From Gemmatimonadaceae bacterium (GTDB lineage: Bacteria; Gemmatimonadota; Gemmatimonadetes; Gemmatimonadales; Gemmatimonadaceae): DNA of 64,000 nt. How positions within the stretch are numbered: the stretch's first letter is position 1; each line of letters begins with the position of its first letter. Below the pieces are notes generated by a model. The model did not search any database. It worked only from the letters and a program-made list of their open reading frames with translations, and was not told where the DNA came from. The DNA is taken from contig JBHYGA010000004.1 of assembly GCA_051859245.1 (NCBI GenBank), positions 1 through 64,000 on the forward strand, in the 5' to 3' direction. Of the stretch, positions 29,803 through 38,963 are shown piece after piece. The translations under genes were made by a program, and so were the position numbers.

Positions 29803-29838
29803 TAAGGGGGCTGATCGGAATCGAAGGGACGAAGGATT
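29803..29838 (-). other. Degenerate tRNA 3'-half-like fragment (possible att scar)
   Basis: 24/31 nt match to tRNA-Cys 37036-37066, including exact TCGGAATCGAA, plus GGATT after a 4-nt gap. Confidence 0.45.
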
Positions 29839-29859
29839 AATGGAGGAAGGCGTCCATTG

Positions 29860-30393
29860 TCATCGATTGTCGCCCGTCCTTTCACACGAGGTAAGCGGTG
29901 GAGATGCTGAGGACTGTCTTGTGCCAGTTCTTCCGAGTGAGCTCCCGTACCCGCACAAAGACTCGCGCGAGGTCGTTGGAACCGATGTGCTACGTGCGCG
30001 AATGACCACGCCAACCGCAGCACCAACGACCGCACCGACCGCGGCTGATTGCAGAACGATGCGAGTCTTTGAGCGGCAGCCAGATTCACCACCGAAGCAG
30101 GCCGTCTCCGGAATGCGCGTCCCGACGAACGCGCCGATACCGCCGCCGATCAGTGCTCCCCACCAGATCGGTCTCGCATGCGACGACGGCTCGAGAGAGC
30201 GCACGATCACTATCGGTTCATGGTTTCGCGTGGAGGACAGGTGCAGAGCCTGACCTCTACCGTCCGCGAGACCGATGATGGGGCGTAAGCGCGTATCAAA
30301 GGATCCCAATCGATGATATGTCTGTGCCGCCACGGGCTCGGAGACATTAATGGCGAGGAGAGCCGCAAGGACCCGAAGTGAGATGATGCTCAT
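29860..30393 (-). CDS. Secreted/membrane hypothetical protein with glycine-zipper-like segments
   Basis: Signal peptide; WGALIGGGIGAFVG and GAVVGAAVGVVI. Confidence 0.55.
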   Translation of the reverse strand: MSIISLRVLAALLAINVSEPVAAQTYHRLGSFDTRLRPIIGLADGRGQALHLSSTRNHEPIVIVRSLEPSSHARPIWWGALIGGGIGAFVGTRIPETACFGGESGCRSKTRIVLQSAAVGAVVGAAVGVVIRARSTSVPTTSRESLCGYGSSLGRTGTRQSSASPPLTSCERTGDNR

Positions 30394-30486
30394 TTATCTG
30401 CTCGGTTGAAATAGGCTACTGATTCAGCGCACATCGCTCTGAAGTCATGTTCCGCGATCATGCAGCACATGTCGCCTCGAAACGAG

Positions 30487-32133
30487 CTACTGGACGTAAC
30501 ACTCCGCACTACCGCTTCCCACCGTGACTGACTTGCTCGCAGACGCGAACATAGCACTACCGTCCGAAACGAAAACGTCGAGTACAAAGGAGGCGCTGGC
30601 GGAGTGTGTGAAATCCCATGCACTTCCCATTAAAACGCCGTCGACATACCACTCAACTGACGTGTAACCGAAGTTGGCGGACACATACCACGTGCAAGTG
30701 GCAGCCGGCAACATTGCACTTACTCCAAAGATCGATGCACTCCCTGACGGTGCGGAACCAGTAGTGATGCTGAAACCAGCGCTGCCAAGGTCTGACTGCA
30801 CGAATCCGATTCTGCTGAAGAGGGTGAGTGGCATCCAGTCCGCAGTTGCATTCCCGAAGGAAATGCCAGTTGCCGTTGCCGTACCGGCGCCAGCGTTGTA
30901 GTAGAATACGGGGCCGCCGCTATCACCTCCTTGATTCTGCGCGCCTATCGCATCCGCACAGCGAACTAAAAGACTTCCTGTGGTGACGTATGCGGCGCAG
31001 GTGCTGTGAATCGTCCCGTATATCCAGCCACCGGTTGCACCTATTTTGTCCATAGTGCTGCCTTGGACAATTGAACTGCTCTGCCCAACAATCGGGATGG
31101 TGGCGGCGCTTGCCAGCGTAGTGTCACCAATCGACCAGATAGAGTTCCTAGTGGAAGGTCTTGCCAAGTGTGCGAGGCGAACAGGCCGCCCAGTCACAGA
31201 ATACAGATTAGCATCGCTGTAGCGATAGCGATCACACCAGAACCACAAGAGCGGACAGTTTCCACCGCCGGGATCCAAAAGCTCGAAACCGATCGCACCA
31301 CTTCCTAGTCCGGGCTGACCGACAACGCTTCCTATTCCGTCTGTCAGCCATTTGAAGGAGGAGCAGTGCCCCGCCGAGATGAACCCCGAGCCACCGGCAG
31401 AGAAGGTAACCGGGAAGCCTATTGTGCAAGCCGAGTATACGGATGTGTCCTGATTCCAGTAATGGTACCGGAGTCCGCCAACTAGAGTGTCAGCATATAT
31501 CCCAAGATTGGGAACCGTGACCGAGCGTTCTGCGATCGTTCGCGACTCTGCGGGTAGTTCGGTGCGAACGGTGAGGAGCGCCTCATGCGGGATTCCATGA
31601 ACGCTAGCGAAGGCTAGCAACGCCGCACGGTCACGATCAATAGTGTTCGAAGCCAGTCCAACGCTGACGCGATTACGTCCTTCGTCCAGATCCAGCATTC
31701 GCCAAGGAACCTCGCGCCTCGCGGTGAGAAGCTTAGCCCGCCAAGCGGCCAGTTCATGAACACTGTATGCACCCTTCAAGACTACGATTCGTACGGGCCC
31801 CGACCCAAACGAAGTAAAGATGCGCTGATTCGCAACTCGTGCGCGTATCGCTCGCTTCGCCGCTTCGTGGTGCTCCTCGTCACGCACCCACACTGAGATG
31901 CTTCCATCTTCGTTTGCGAAAAATCCACCGAAGGAGGGCACCTCCGCGACAATTTCGGCGAGATCGCGCTCTCCCTCCTCGAAAGCACCTTCGCCACTGC
32001 TGAGAGTGCGCGACGGGCTGCTCGTTCTCATTCCCTCTGATGAAGGAGCGACGGGCTCATCCGCACACGACATCATTATGAACAAGGCACTCGCCAGCAA
32101 CATGCGTTGGACTGTAGGGATTTTGGTTCTCAT
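30487..32133 (-). CDS. Lipoprotein S1 (alpha-lytic protease/streptogrisin-like) serine protease with pro-region and C-terminal beta domain
   Basis: Lipobox IMMSC; CTIGF, ISAGHC (His), SDANL (Asp), KIGATGG and GGDSGGP (Ser). Confidence 0.88.
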   Translation of the reverse strand: MRTKIPTVQRMLLASALFIMMSCADEPVAPSSEGMRTSSPSRTLSSGEGAFEEGERDLAEIVAEVPSFGGFFANEDGSISVWVRDEEHHEAAKRAIRARVANQRIFTSFGSGPVRIVVLKGAYSVHELAAWRAKLLTARREVPWRMLDLDEGRNRVSVGLASNTIDRDRAALLAFASVHGIPHEALLTVRTELPAESRTIAERSVTVPNLGIYADTLVGGLRYHYWNQDTSVYSACTIGFPVTFSAGGSGFISAGHCSSFKWLTDGIGSVVGQPGLGSGAIGFELLDPGGGNCPLLWFWCDRYRYSDANLYSVTGRPVRLAHLARPSTRNSIWSIGDTTLASAATIPIVGQSSSIVQGSTMDKIGATGGWIYGTIHSTCAAYVTTGSLLVRCADAIGAQNQGGDSGGPVFYYNAGAGTATATGISFGNATADWMPLTLFSRIGFVQSDLGSAGFSITTGSAPSGSASIFGVSAMLPAATCTWYVSANFGYTSVEWYVDGVLMGSAWDFTHSASASFVLDVFVSDGSAMFASASKSVTVGSGSAECYVQ

Positions 32134-32370
32134 TCCGTGCCTCTCTCATACTTCCGGTTGAGTTGCGACGAGCTGCGGATGTGGTAGACGATTCTGCGCT
32201 GCGAACATCTTCAATGTTTGCAGCTTGGGCCAGCCGAGCAATATCGGAATCGGACAACTTTCTTATAGATCCTGATGATTTGCCTCGACGTTGTCGCTTG
32301 CGCGCTCGCTAATCTGGCTTCAACATCCAGCGAGTTAGTGATCAACATCGAAGCACCAAAAAACGCTGCC

Positions 32371-33582
32371 ATGTCAAATAGCTGCGACCTAACGTACGAA
32401 CTTCGCCGGCTCGCTCTCGCATGGTTCGATGGCGCCGGGCCCAACACGTATCCACCCGAATGGCTTGAGAGGGCGCTGTTTGCAGCCGCGCCCGATATGC
32501 CGCCAGACCTGTCTCCGGAGACTACCGAACCTGCCCCGTACCGCTGGTTGCGACTCGCCTCTGCGCTCGACTTTGTCGGAGACCTCGATGGCGCCCGAGA
32601 GCTGCTTGACCGTCTCGAAGCCGCCGTGTCGGCGCATCTTGCCGGAACGGACGCAGGAGAGCTACTAGCTCTCCTGTGTGCACGACGCGGGCGTTTGGCA
32701 CGCCAGCGCGGCGAGGTTGACGCCGCCGTTGACTGGTATCAACGTGGCCTCGCTCGAGCCAACGGAGCGCGACACCGAGATGCATGGGGCGCCTGTGTGC
32801 AGGGGCTTGCCACGTGCGCGCAGTTTCGTGGTGACAGTGTGACTGCCGAGCGACTTTCCCGTCTAGTGGCGGTTAACCACGCTGTCGTACCTCGTTATGC
32901 GCGCGTTGCTGCGATGCTTACACTCGCCGTTATCTACCGGAAGAAGGGTCGTATAGCTGCCGCGCTGCGCTGCGCGTGGCATGCGCACGATCTCGTCGAC
33001 GAGCGCGACGAACGCCGCGGTATGGCGCTCGTCGAGTTGAGCCATCTCGCTCTGTCGCGGGGGGAGTTCGTCGCGGCGCAGCGCGGCTGCAGCGTGATCC
33101 TGTCATTTGCGCGCACCATCCGAGTCCGCCGGCCCGCGCGGTCAGTCGTACTGCTTGCTGCTCTACAGAAATGGCGTTCTAGCGATAGGAGCATCGCGGT
33201 GCGCGACGAACTTCTCCAGCACGCTCAGTTGCTCGTGGACGAAGCGAAGAATGCGCCTGAGCAATGGGAACGCCTTCACGCGAGCTTTGATGCACTCGAC
33301 GCGTATTTGGCTATCAGCGAGCACCAAATGGCGCACCGACTGATCAGTGACTTGAGAGGTGAGGTTGATCTTCTCAGGTTACGTAACGAGTCTGCCGGAT
33401 GGGCTGAGCACCGACTCGCCGAAGCGCAGCGCAACAGCTGCACCCACGACTCGGTCACTGTCGCGACGCCCGCTCACTTTCCTGCGGAGGCCAGAGCTGT
33501 GACGGAAGCGCTGGCTCGGCTCGCTGGTCTCGAGCCGCTGAGTCAGCACCGGACGCAGGTAGCGGATGCATTCACGGAGTAA
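32371..33582 (+). CDS. TPR-like helical-repeat protein
   Basis: RGRLARQRGEVDAAVDWYQRGL, LAVIYRKKGRIAAAL, LSHLALSRGEFVAA; start could be 32275. Confidence 0.7.
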   Translation: MSNSCDLTYELRRLALAWFDGAGPNTYPPEWLERALFAAAPDMPPDLSPETTEPAPYRWLRLASALDFVGDLDGARELLDRLEAAVSAHLAGTDAGELLALLCARRGRLARQRGEVDAAVDWYQRGLARANGARHRDAWGACVQGLATCAQFRGDSVTAERLSRLVAVNHAVVPRYARVAAMLTLAVIYRKKGRIAAALRCAWHAHDLVDERDERRGMALVELSHLALSRGEFVAAQRGCSVILSFARTIRVRRPARSVVLLAALQKWRSSDRSIAVRDELLQHAQLLVDEAKNAPEQWERLHASFDALDAYLAISEHQMAHRLISDLRGEVDLLRLRNESAGWAEHRLAEAQRNSCTHDSVTVATPAHFPAEARAVTEALARLAGLEPLSQHRTQVADAFTE

Positions 33583-33601
33583 ACACAGGCGGCTAGTCGG
33601 C

Positions 33602-34438
33602 ATGAGCGACAGGATCGAGACGCTCGGCCTCTCAGAGAACGAAGTGGATTGTGTGCGGAAGGCCGCAGGCCGCGAGTGGGAGGTTGTGGTCGGCACCTTA
33701 TCGATGTTCGCGCACACGGATGAGTTCGCCGAGCGGACAGTTCGTGTTTCCTCGCTCGCGTGCTTAGAAGCGATGCACGCGGACTCGGCTGCGTCTGCCC
33801 CTGTATCAAACCTTCGTTTAGTTTTGTTGCTACCAGCCGACGCATGCGGCGAACGACAACGATGGAGTGCGCACGTAGCGGCCAAAGCCCACATCGTCCT
33901 CACCAAGCTCCCAAGTACTGTTCTAGCACTGCACGAAGCGCTGCACAAAGTACGATACGATGCGGTGGCCCAGTCGATCGTGGGACGCTTCGGCAAGTCG
34001 CGAGATGACCTGCCCAGCCGGGCCCTCGTAGCGGCGGTCCGGCTCGCGCCGAGCGCTCGCAATGTGCCGTCGCTCGCTCGAATGTTGCACATGACAGAGC
34101 GCACGTTGCGACGTCAGTTGGACGCCGCCTGTCCCAACCTCGCCCCTCACCGACTGCCGAACTGGGCGTGCGTTCTGCACAGCGCATGGCATCTCGGCGC
34201 TTCCTACCAATCATTCGAACGCGTGGCGCAACAAGCCGGTGCGTCCGCCCCGTCCAACCTGCACCGCCTGTTGCGCGCCTATACGGGATACTCTGCGGGC
34301 GAGCTACGGGCCATGTCTTCGGAACCGATCGCGACTGCACTTGCAGCCTGGCGAGCGGAGCTGTCAGGAACGAAATCGTCGTCTCAGAAGCGCAGACTGC
34401 GAGCGAGTGCTAGCGACGGCGCGGATTCAAAGTATTGA
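33602..34438 (+). CDS. AraC-like HTH protein with atypical N-terminal domain
   Basis: NVPSLARMLHMTERTLRRQL and SFERVAQQAG....NLHRLLRAYTGYSAGELR. Confidence 0.72.
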   Translation: MSDRIETLGLSENEVDCVRKAAGREWEVVVGTLSMFAHTDEFAERTVRVSSLACLEAMHADSAASAPVSNLRLVLLLPADACGERQRWSAHVAAKAHIVLTKLPSTVLALHEALHKVRYDAVAQSIVGRFGKSRDDLPSRALVAAVRLAPSARNVPSLARMLHMTERTLRRQLDAACPNLAPHRLPNWACVLHSAWHLGASYQSFERVAQQAGASAPSNLHRLLRAYTGYSAGELRAMSSEPIATALAAWRAELSGTKSSSQKRRLRASASDGADSKY

Positions 34439-34766
34439 CTGGATCGGCGTTCGGATCGCAGCTCTTTACGCGTGCGGCTCGCTGATTACTCAGAACTTTG
34501 AGCTCTACTCCGGCAGATGTCGCTGGTTTTTCTACGCGCCTTAGCACCGAAGGGTATATCCTTTGCATCTCCGAGAGCTCCCCCACGAATTAGCCGGCTA
34601 AGGTCGAACCGGGCGCTACTGGCGGACGCGATTACTGGAGCCCGCGAGTTGTTACTCGTTTGCGGCCGCCGGGTAACTTGAGAATGCGACTGTTTTCGAT
34701 CAGCGCATGGAGATCGATCCGTCTTCACCTTATGACTACGCAAAATTCTCGCGAACTATCGACATC

Positions 34767-35357
34767 TTAACCGTTAATCGAGGCGGTCTCTAGATTTCGC
34801 AGCGTGATGATGCGCGTTTGACCGTGTTGTGCAGCGAGTGTGCGCGCCGCGTGTGCACGTGCGTTGCGCGCGAGTTGTTGTTCAATCCACGCCACCACAA
34901 TCGCAAACCGCTCGGCCACGGTGTGTGCGTCGTAACAACGCGACGCGAGCTGCGCCGACGCCGCGTCCGTCACATCATGCAGATCAATGGTGCAGTCGGC
35001 CGTCTCGGTGAGCGGCGTACCGAGCACACGATAGGCTCCAATCGGCGTGAGACGAATGCCGAGCACGCAGCAGTGCGCGTTGGGCGATTCGATGACGACG
35101 GGTCGTGTTTGCGAACCCGTGAGGCACGCGACAGGAAAGAGTGCGCCTGATGTGCCGTCGGCGTGTACGTCCCGAAACTGCGGGCCGAGATGCAGAATGA
35201 TTTCGAGATAACCACCGGGAAACGTGCGCTCGCGCGGCAGCGCCATGCGTCCGTCAAAGTGCCACAGGTGGTCGAGCACATCGCGCAGCGCGGGCACGCG
35301 GTGCTCGTGGTGCGTCCACTGGCCGAGTGAGGAGTCGATCGAGATCGCGTCAGGCAT
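34767..35357 (-). pseudogene. Truncated duplicate of the AraC gene at 28803-29651 (HTH lost)
   Basis: About 180 codons near-identical; homology stops at 34799, followed by an unrelated tail and stop. Confidence 0.9.
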
Positions 35358-35371
35358 TTGCGCGTTCGCGG

Positions 35372-35914
35372 TCATGATGCACGATCCGTTTCATCCGCCG
35401 GGAATGCGCCATCCAACGCTTCCCTGAACGAGTCGGGATCGATCGCAGGGTACCGAAACAACTCTGGTTCCATGCGCGAGAACTGCCGTCTCACTTCTTC
35501 TGGGTCGATTAATCCACGTTCGCGCATCGCTTTGACATCGGCAAGATCCCGCGCATGGCCCCGCTCAATCTTTGCCAGTGCTTGCGCGGTGAAGTCGTAG
35601 TGATAGAACGTCACCCGACCAATACGCGTGATGACAGGACTTCGATCTTGCCATCCCTGTGGTACCGGAATGAATTGATCCGGCGCTGCGAGCTCCACGT
35701 TCAGTCGCATCCGCTCCTTCAAGGTCGGAATCGCGCGCAGCATCGCGTCGGATTCCGGTTGCATCACGAGGTCTACATCGACCGTGGACGTACGCCAGCC
35801 GATCAACACGGCCGAGGTCCCGCCGACCAGGTAGACATTCGTCTCTGCAGTCGCTTCGCGCGCGAGCGCCTGCAGGAACGCCTCAATGCGAGGCTTGTCC
35901 GCTATCTCACGCAT
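35372..35914 (-). CDS. DUF6036-like nucleotidyltransferase (Pol-beta superfamily)
   Basis: VYLVGGTSAV...R.STVDVD (GG and DxD); AK..RG..RDL.D. Confidence 0.8.
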   Translation of the reverse strand: MREIADKPRIEAFLQALAREATAETNVYLVGGTSAVLIGWRTSTVDVDLVMQPESDAMLRAIPTLKERMRLNVELAAPDQFIPVPQGWQDRSPVITRIGRVTFYHYDFTAQALAKIERGHARDLADVKAMRERGLIDPEEVRRQFSRMEPELFRYPAIDPDSFREALDGAFPADETDRAS

Positions 35915-36174
35915 GCGCTTGCACGTCGAAAGCTCACGATTCGCCGCACGAGCGAGTTGTACCGCGAGTGCGCACCGTCTCCGTGTTCGATCGATAGCAG
36001 ACGATACAACTTGAGTTCAGGATCCGGGAACGGCGTGGGCACAACGAGCCCAACGTTTCGTAGCGCGGGTGCCGCAAGCGATACCAAAAGGGATTCGATG
36101 GTCTCGACCCCGTCGCGCAAATCGCGAATGCCCTGCTCCACCAGCTCCGCGCCAGGCAACCCGTGCGTGTCCAT
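35902..36174 (-). CDS. Small helical protein coupled to the nucleotidyltransferase (candidate antitoxin/partner)
   Basis: LPGAELV..G..DL, PE..LY.LL, AHSRYNSL.RR.VSF; 13-nt overlap with the downstream gene; ATG 36174 supported by the duplicated remnant. Confidence 0.72.
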   Translation of the reverse strand: MDTHGLPGAELVEQGIRDLRDGVETIESLLVSLAAPALRNVGLVVPTPFPDPELKLYRLLSIEHGDGAHSRYNSLVRRIVSFRRASACVR

Positions 36175-36492
36175 CTGGTGAATGTACCGCTGGAGATCGC
36201 TCGTCGCCTCCACGAAAACACCTCTTCCGGCGGCACCCCTGGTAATCCCCCCCGCTATTCACGGACGCGAGCAGTGGAGTTAATCCGCAAGTGCAAGCTT
36301 CATTGACGGCGGAACAGCGGGGCGGCGCGGGCGTACCGACGAAGAACGGGTGCCGGATTTCATCGGGTCTGTCGCCTGACCTGCTCGCGACTGTTGGGCC
36401 AGGATGCTCCGCGGACGAGACACCTTCGCACGCTCTCGTGCGTCACGTCGCGCGCGCCGGCGCGCGCAACGGCGCTCGAATGTGCAGACCAC

Positions 36493-36876
36493 CTATCGCG
36501 GCGGTTTGGACGTAATCGGCGGTCTGCGCCCGCGTTGCACACCGGCTGGGGTTCCGGCTCCGGCGGATTCACCTGCCGGTCCCCACGTGCATGTTTTCAC
36601 ATCGCCAATATCGATTTCGGCGAAGACCTTCTCCGACACTTTGCAGGTCGAGCCGTCGTCGGCGAGCAGCGTGTGCGTGCCGGATTTGGCAGCGACAGAC
36701 TTTGGGGAGACGGAGTAGCCGCGAGGAAGGGGGATGCAGGCGCTCAACAGACTCGCGCAACCGACAAGCGTGGCGTACGCGACCATCAGCGCGGACCGGC
36801 CGGCATACCGTAGCCACAGGCCAGACAACACTGCACCAGTCAAGAAAGGAGGTGTGTACAGTGGAACCTGCGCCAT
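36493..36876 (-). CDS. Small hypothetical lipoprotein
   Basis: Lipobox LLSAC; K.V..K....TLLADDGSTC.V......C.W. Confidence 0.6.
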   Translation of the reverse strand: MAQVPLYTPPFLTGAVLSGLWLRYAGRSALMVAYATLVGCASLLSACIPLPRGYSVSPKSVAAKSGTHTLLADDGSTCKVSEKVFAEIDIGDVKTCTWGPAGESAGAGTPAGVQRGRRPPITSKPPR

Positions 36877-37038
36877 GGGCTCTCTCCCAACGGTAAATCG
36901 ATGATTCTTCGTCGCGAACCGATACAACCGCGTGTGCGGCAGCAGCGCCGCGCGATCTCGCCCTTCGCAAACTCGAAGCGCCCCGAACCCTGGCGGCCGG
37001 AGCGCTTCGATCACAGTTGTAAACTCGCTGACCTTTAG

Positions 37039-37110
37039 AGGCGCCGGTCGGAATCGAACCGACGAATACAGGATTTGCAGTCCCGGGCCTTACCACTTGG
37101 CTACGGCGCC
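37039..37110 (-). tRNA. tRNA-Cys(GCA), CCA not encoded
   Basis: GGCGCCG/CGGCGCC acceptor stem, D arm AGCCAAGTGGTAAGGC, anticodon loop CTGCAAA, T loop GGTTCGATTCC, U discriminator. Confidence 0.96.
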
Positions 37111-37200
37111 GTGCCGATCCATGCAAGATGAAACAGCTCGGCGCGCTGGGCAAGCGCCAAGCGCGACGGACTGCGACCTCAGAGGACTCGAACTAACCGG

Positions 37201-38052
37201 CTACCGTGGTTTGGTGACGGGGAGTCGCTGCAGCCGGTAAATCGTTGCCGCCAGCGCCAACACGGTCACTGCCACCGCCCACGCCGCCGAGGTGCCCGCG
37301 GCCGGTGCTGTCGCAAACGCGCCCGCCCCCTGCTCCGCCGGCTGAACAAAGTGCTGCGTGATGCCCAGCAGCACCTGCTTGGCGCTCAGATAGCGCACCG
37401 CAGGCACCGCCGAGCTGATCGTGCCCTCCCACACCAGCACGTAGAGCAGCCCCACCAGCAGCGAACGACGCAGCCACACGGCGAGCGCCAGAAACACGGC
37501 CGAGTACACCGCCGCACCCACCACACTGCCAATCGCAAACGCGCGCATCACGCCGGTGGGCTCAGCGCCACCTCCGGCAATCAGGCCGGTGCCAATTACC
37601 GCTGCCAATACGAGCACACTGGTACACACCGTCGCGAACACCCAACGCACCACACCGAGCATCGCGCGCGACGTGGTGGTGGTGAGCAAATACAAAATAG
37701 TGCCGTCTTCACGCTCGGCACTCGTGGCACCGGCGGCCGTTACCAGTGCGGCGAGCGGCAACAACATGGACACGACCAGCGCGTTGTACCGTGTGAGCAG
37801 AAACTCAGCGAGGTTCGCGTCATCACCGCCGGTGCTGCGATAAATAAACGCAAACAGAATCGGCAGCGCAGCAATCAGCGCCCCAAGCACCAGCGGCAGC
37901 GGGCGCACCGTGCGCGCAATCGTAAGGCGCAGCAGCGCGCCAATGCGCGCACCGGTCATGCCACCGACGGTGGCCATCGTACCGCCACTCAGCGTTGCAC
38001 GCGTCGCTGAAATCGCGGCAGCATTGTTCTCGGCATTCATTCCCGTACTCAT
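37201..38052 (-). CDS. ABC-2 type permease
   Basis: 6 TM segments; EREDGTILYLL motif; ATGA overlap. Confidence 0.88.
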   Translation of the reverse strand: MSTGMNAENNAAAISATRATLSGGTMATVGGMTGARIGALLRLTIARTVRPLPLVLGALIAALPILFAFIYRSTGGDDANLAEFLLTRYNALVVSMLLPLAALVTAAGATSAEREDGTILYLLTTTTSRAMLGVVRWVFATVCTSVLVLAAVIGTGLIAGGGAEPTGVMRAFAIGSVVGAAVYSAVFLALAVWLRRSLLVGLLYVLVWEGTISSAVPAVRYLSAKQVLLGITQHFVQPAEQGAGAFATAPAAGTSAAWAVAVTVLALAATIYRLQRLPVTKPR

Positions 38053-38963
38053 CGCTGCACCAGATACGAGAAGACATGTTCGAGCGATTCGTCAGCCGGA
38101 CGCACCTCGTAGAGCGACACACCAAGCATACGTGCAGCGACCGGCAGCGCTCTTGCAACTGCGGCATGATCGGTCACGCGCAGAGTAAGACGCGCATCAT
38201 CCAGCGACACACCCAGCACCGACGCATTCGACACAAGCGATCCCGCCAACGCACGATCATCACTCGAACGCACATGCACCGTGTGAGGCCGGTCTGTCAT
38301 GAGCCTACGCAGCTCACGATGATCACCACTTGCTGCCAACCGTCCGGCCACAACCACGAGCACCCGCGACGCAATGCCTTCGACTTCTTCAAGAATGTGC
38401 GAGCTGAAAACGACAGCCGTTCCACCAGCCGCCTGTGCATCCAGCAGCTGCATCATTTGCGCACGCTGACGCGGATCCAGCCCGTTGAATGGTTCGTCGA
38501 GCAGCACAAGACGCGGTTCATGTACCAGCGCAGCGGCGAGTTTGGCGCGCTGCTTCATGCCTTTCGAAAACCCGCCGAGTGCACGATCCTGCGCGTCAAG
38601 CAGTTGCACACGCTCCAGCGCGCGCTGCGCTGCGTCTGCGGGCTTTGCTACGCCGAGCAGTGCCGCACGCGCTGTCACGAATTGTCTTGGTGTGAGCATA
38701 CCAGGTACCGCTTCCGCTTCCGGCACCAGTGCCACATTCGCATAAGTGCCAACCGCACCAAACGGATTCTCACCGAACACGCGCACGGTGCCGCCCGACG
38801 CTGGCAACAATCCGGACGCCAGTTGCAACAGCGTGGTTTTTCCGGCGCCATTTGGCCCGAGCAGTCCGGTAATGCCCGGCTCGACTGTACAGGTGATGTC
38901 ATTCACCGCAACAACATCACCAAACCAGCGCGACGTGTTCGTAAATACGAGCGGCGTGTTCAT
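38049..38963 (-). CDS. ABC transporter ATP-binding protein
   Basis: GPNGAGKT, FSKGMKQR, LLDEP and SSH. Confidence 0.94.
   Translation of the reverse strand: MNTPLVFTNTSRWFGDVVAVNDITCTVEPGITGLLGPNGAGKTTLLQLASGLLPASGGTVRVFGENPFGAVGTYANVALVPEAEAVPGMLTPRQFVTARAALLGVAKPADAAQRALERVQLLDAQDRALGGFSKGMKQRAKLAAALVHEPRLVLLDEPFNGLDPRQRAQMMQLLDAQAAGGTAVVFSSHILEEVEGIASRVLVVVAGRLAASGDHRELRRLMTDRPHTVHVRSSDDRALAGSLVSNASVLGVSLDDARLTLRVTDHAAVARALPVAARMLGVSLYEVRPADESLEHVFSYLVQR

Noticed and set aside
34440..34766. Intergenic island sequence as an ncRNA or gene remnant
   Set aside because: No convincing ORF, repeat or structure could be supported by eye.
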